Position numbers and translations under genes: made by a program. This document shows positions 32,000 to 32,000 of a stretch of 32,000 nucleotides of DNA, piece after piece (within the stretch, counting starts at the first letter, position 1; each line of letters begins with the position of its first letter). A model generated the notes under the pieces. It saw only the letters and a program-made list of their open reading frames with translations, was not told the DNA's origin and did no database searches. The DNA is from Promethearchaeota archaeon (GTDB lineage: Archaea; Asgardarchaeota; Hermodarchaeia; Hermodarchaeales; Hermodarchaeaceae): assembly GCA_048938295.1 (NCBI GenBank), contig JBHLMI010000002.1:90001-122000 (forward strand), given 5' to 3'.

Positions 32000-32000
32000 A

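Noticed and set aside
1-32000. CRISPR arrays, tandem repeats, tRNA/rRNA genes, IS elements, integrases
   Set aside because: I found none by eye. Intergenic gaps are short (the longest about 230 nt) and show no periodic repeats or cloverleaf signatures. tRNAscan-SE, Infernal and CRISPR finders were not run.

Overview
Archaeal window, very probably from an Asgard archaeon. The evidence is TTTTAA/TTTATA boxes, GGAGG/GAGGTGA ribosome-binding sites, and a longin-like domain fused to an Arf/Rab-type small GTPase. Left part (1-8.8 kb): peptide and amino-acid catabolism (M3B oligopeptidase running off the left edge, FGGY kinase, HisC-like aminotransferase, M32 carboxypeptidase, Lrp regulator divergent from ilvE), plus the GTPase and a DUF362 gene. 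8.9-11.4 kb: an islet of five uncharacterised ORFs, including an RHH/antitoxin-like protein and a PD-(D/E)XK-like protein with a very basic tail. 11.5-31.8 kb: an anaerobic aromatic-catabolism region. It holds iorAB, an amidohydrolase-2, a complete Bzd-type class I benzoyl-CoA reductase operon (bzdNOPQ, ferredoxin bzdM, BzdV-like flavo-Fe/S oxidoreductase), a divergent ArsR-like regulator, DUF2148, a LeuA-family synthase, dch, had, MoaD, an atypical tungsten AOR-family enzyme with polyferredoxin and FAD partners, and a 3-hydroxyacyl-CoA dehydrogenase. No ring-opening hydrolase (oah) or benzoate-CoA ligase is in the window. I saw no rRNA, tRNA, CRISPR array, transposase or integrase. All family assignments come from motif recognition by eye and from memory; no database searches were run.
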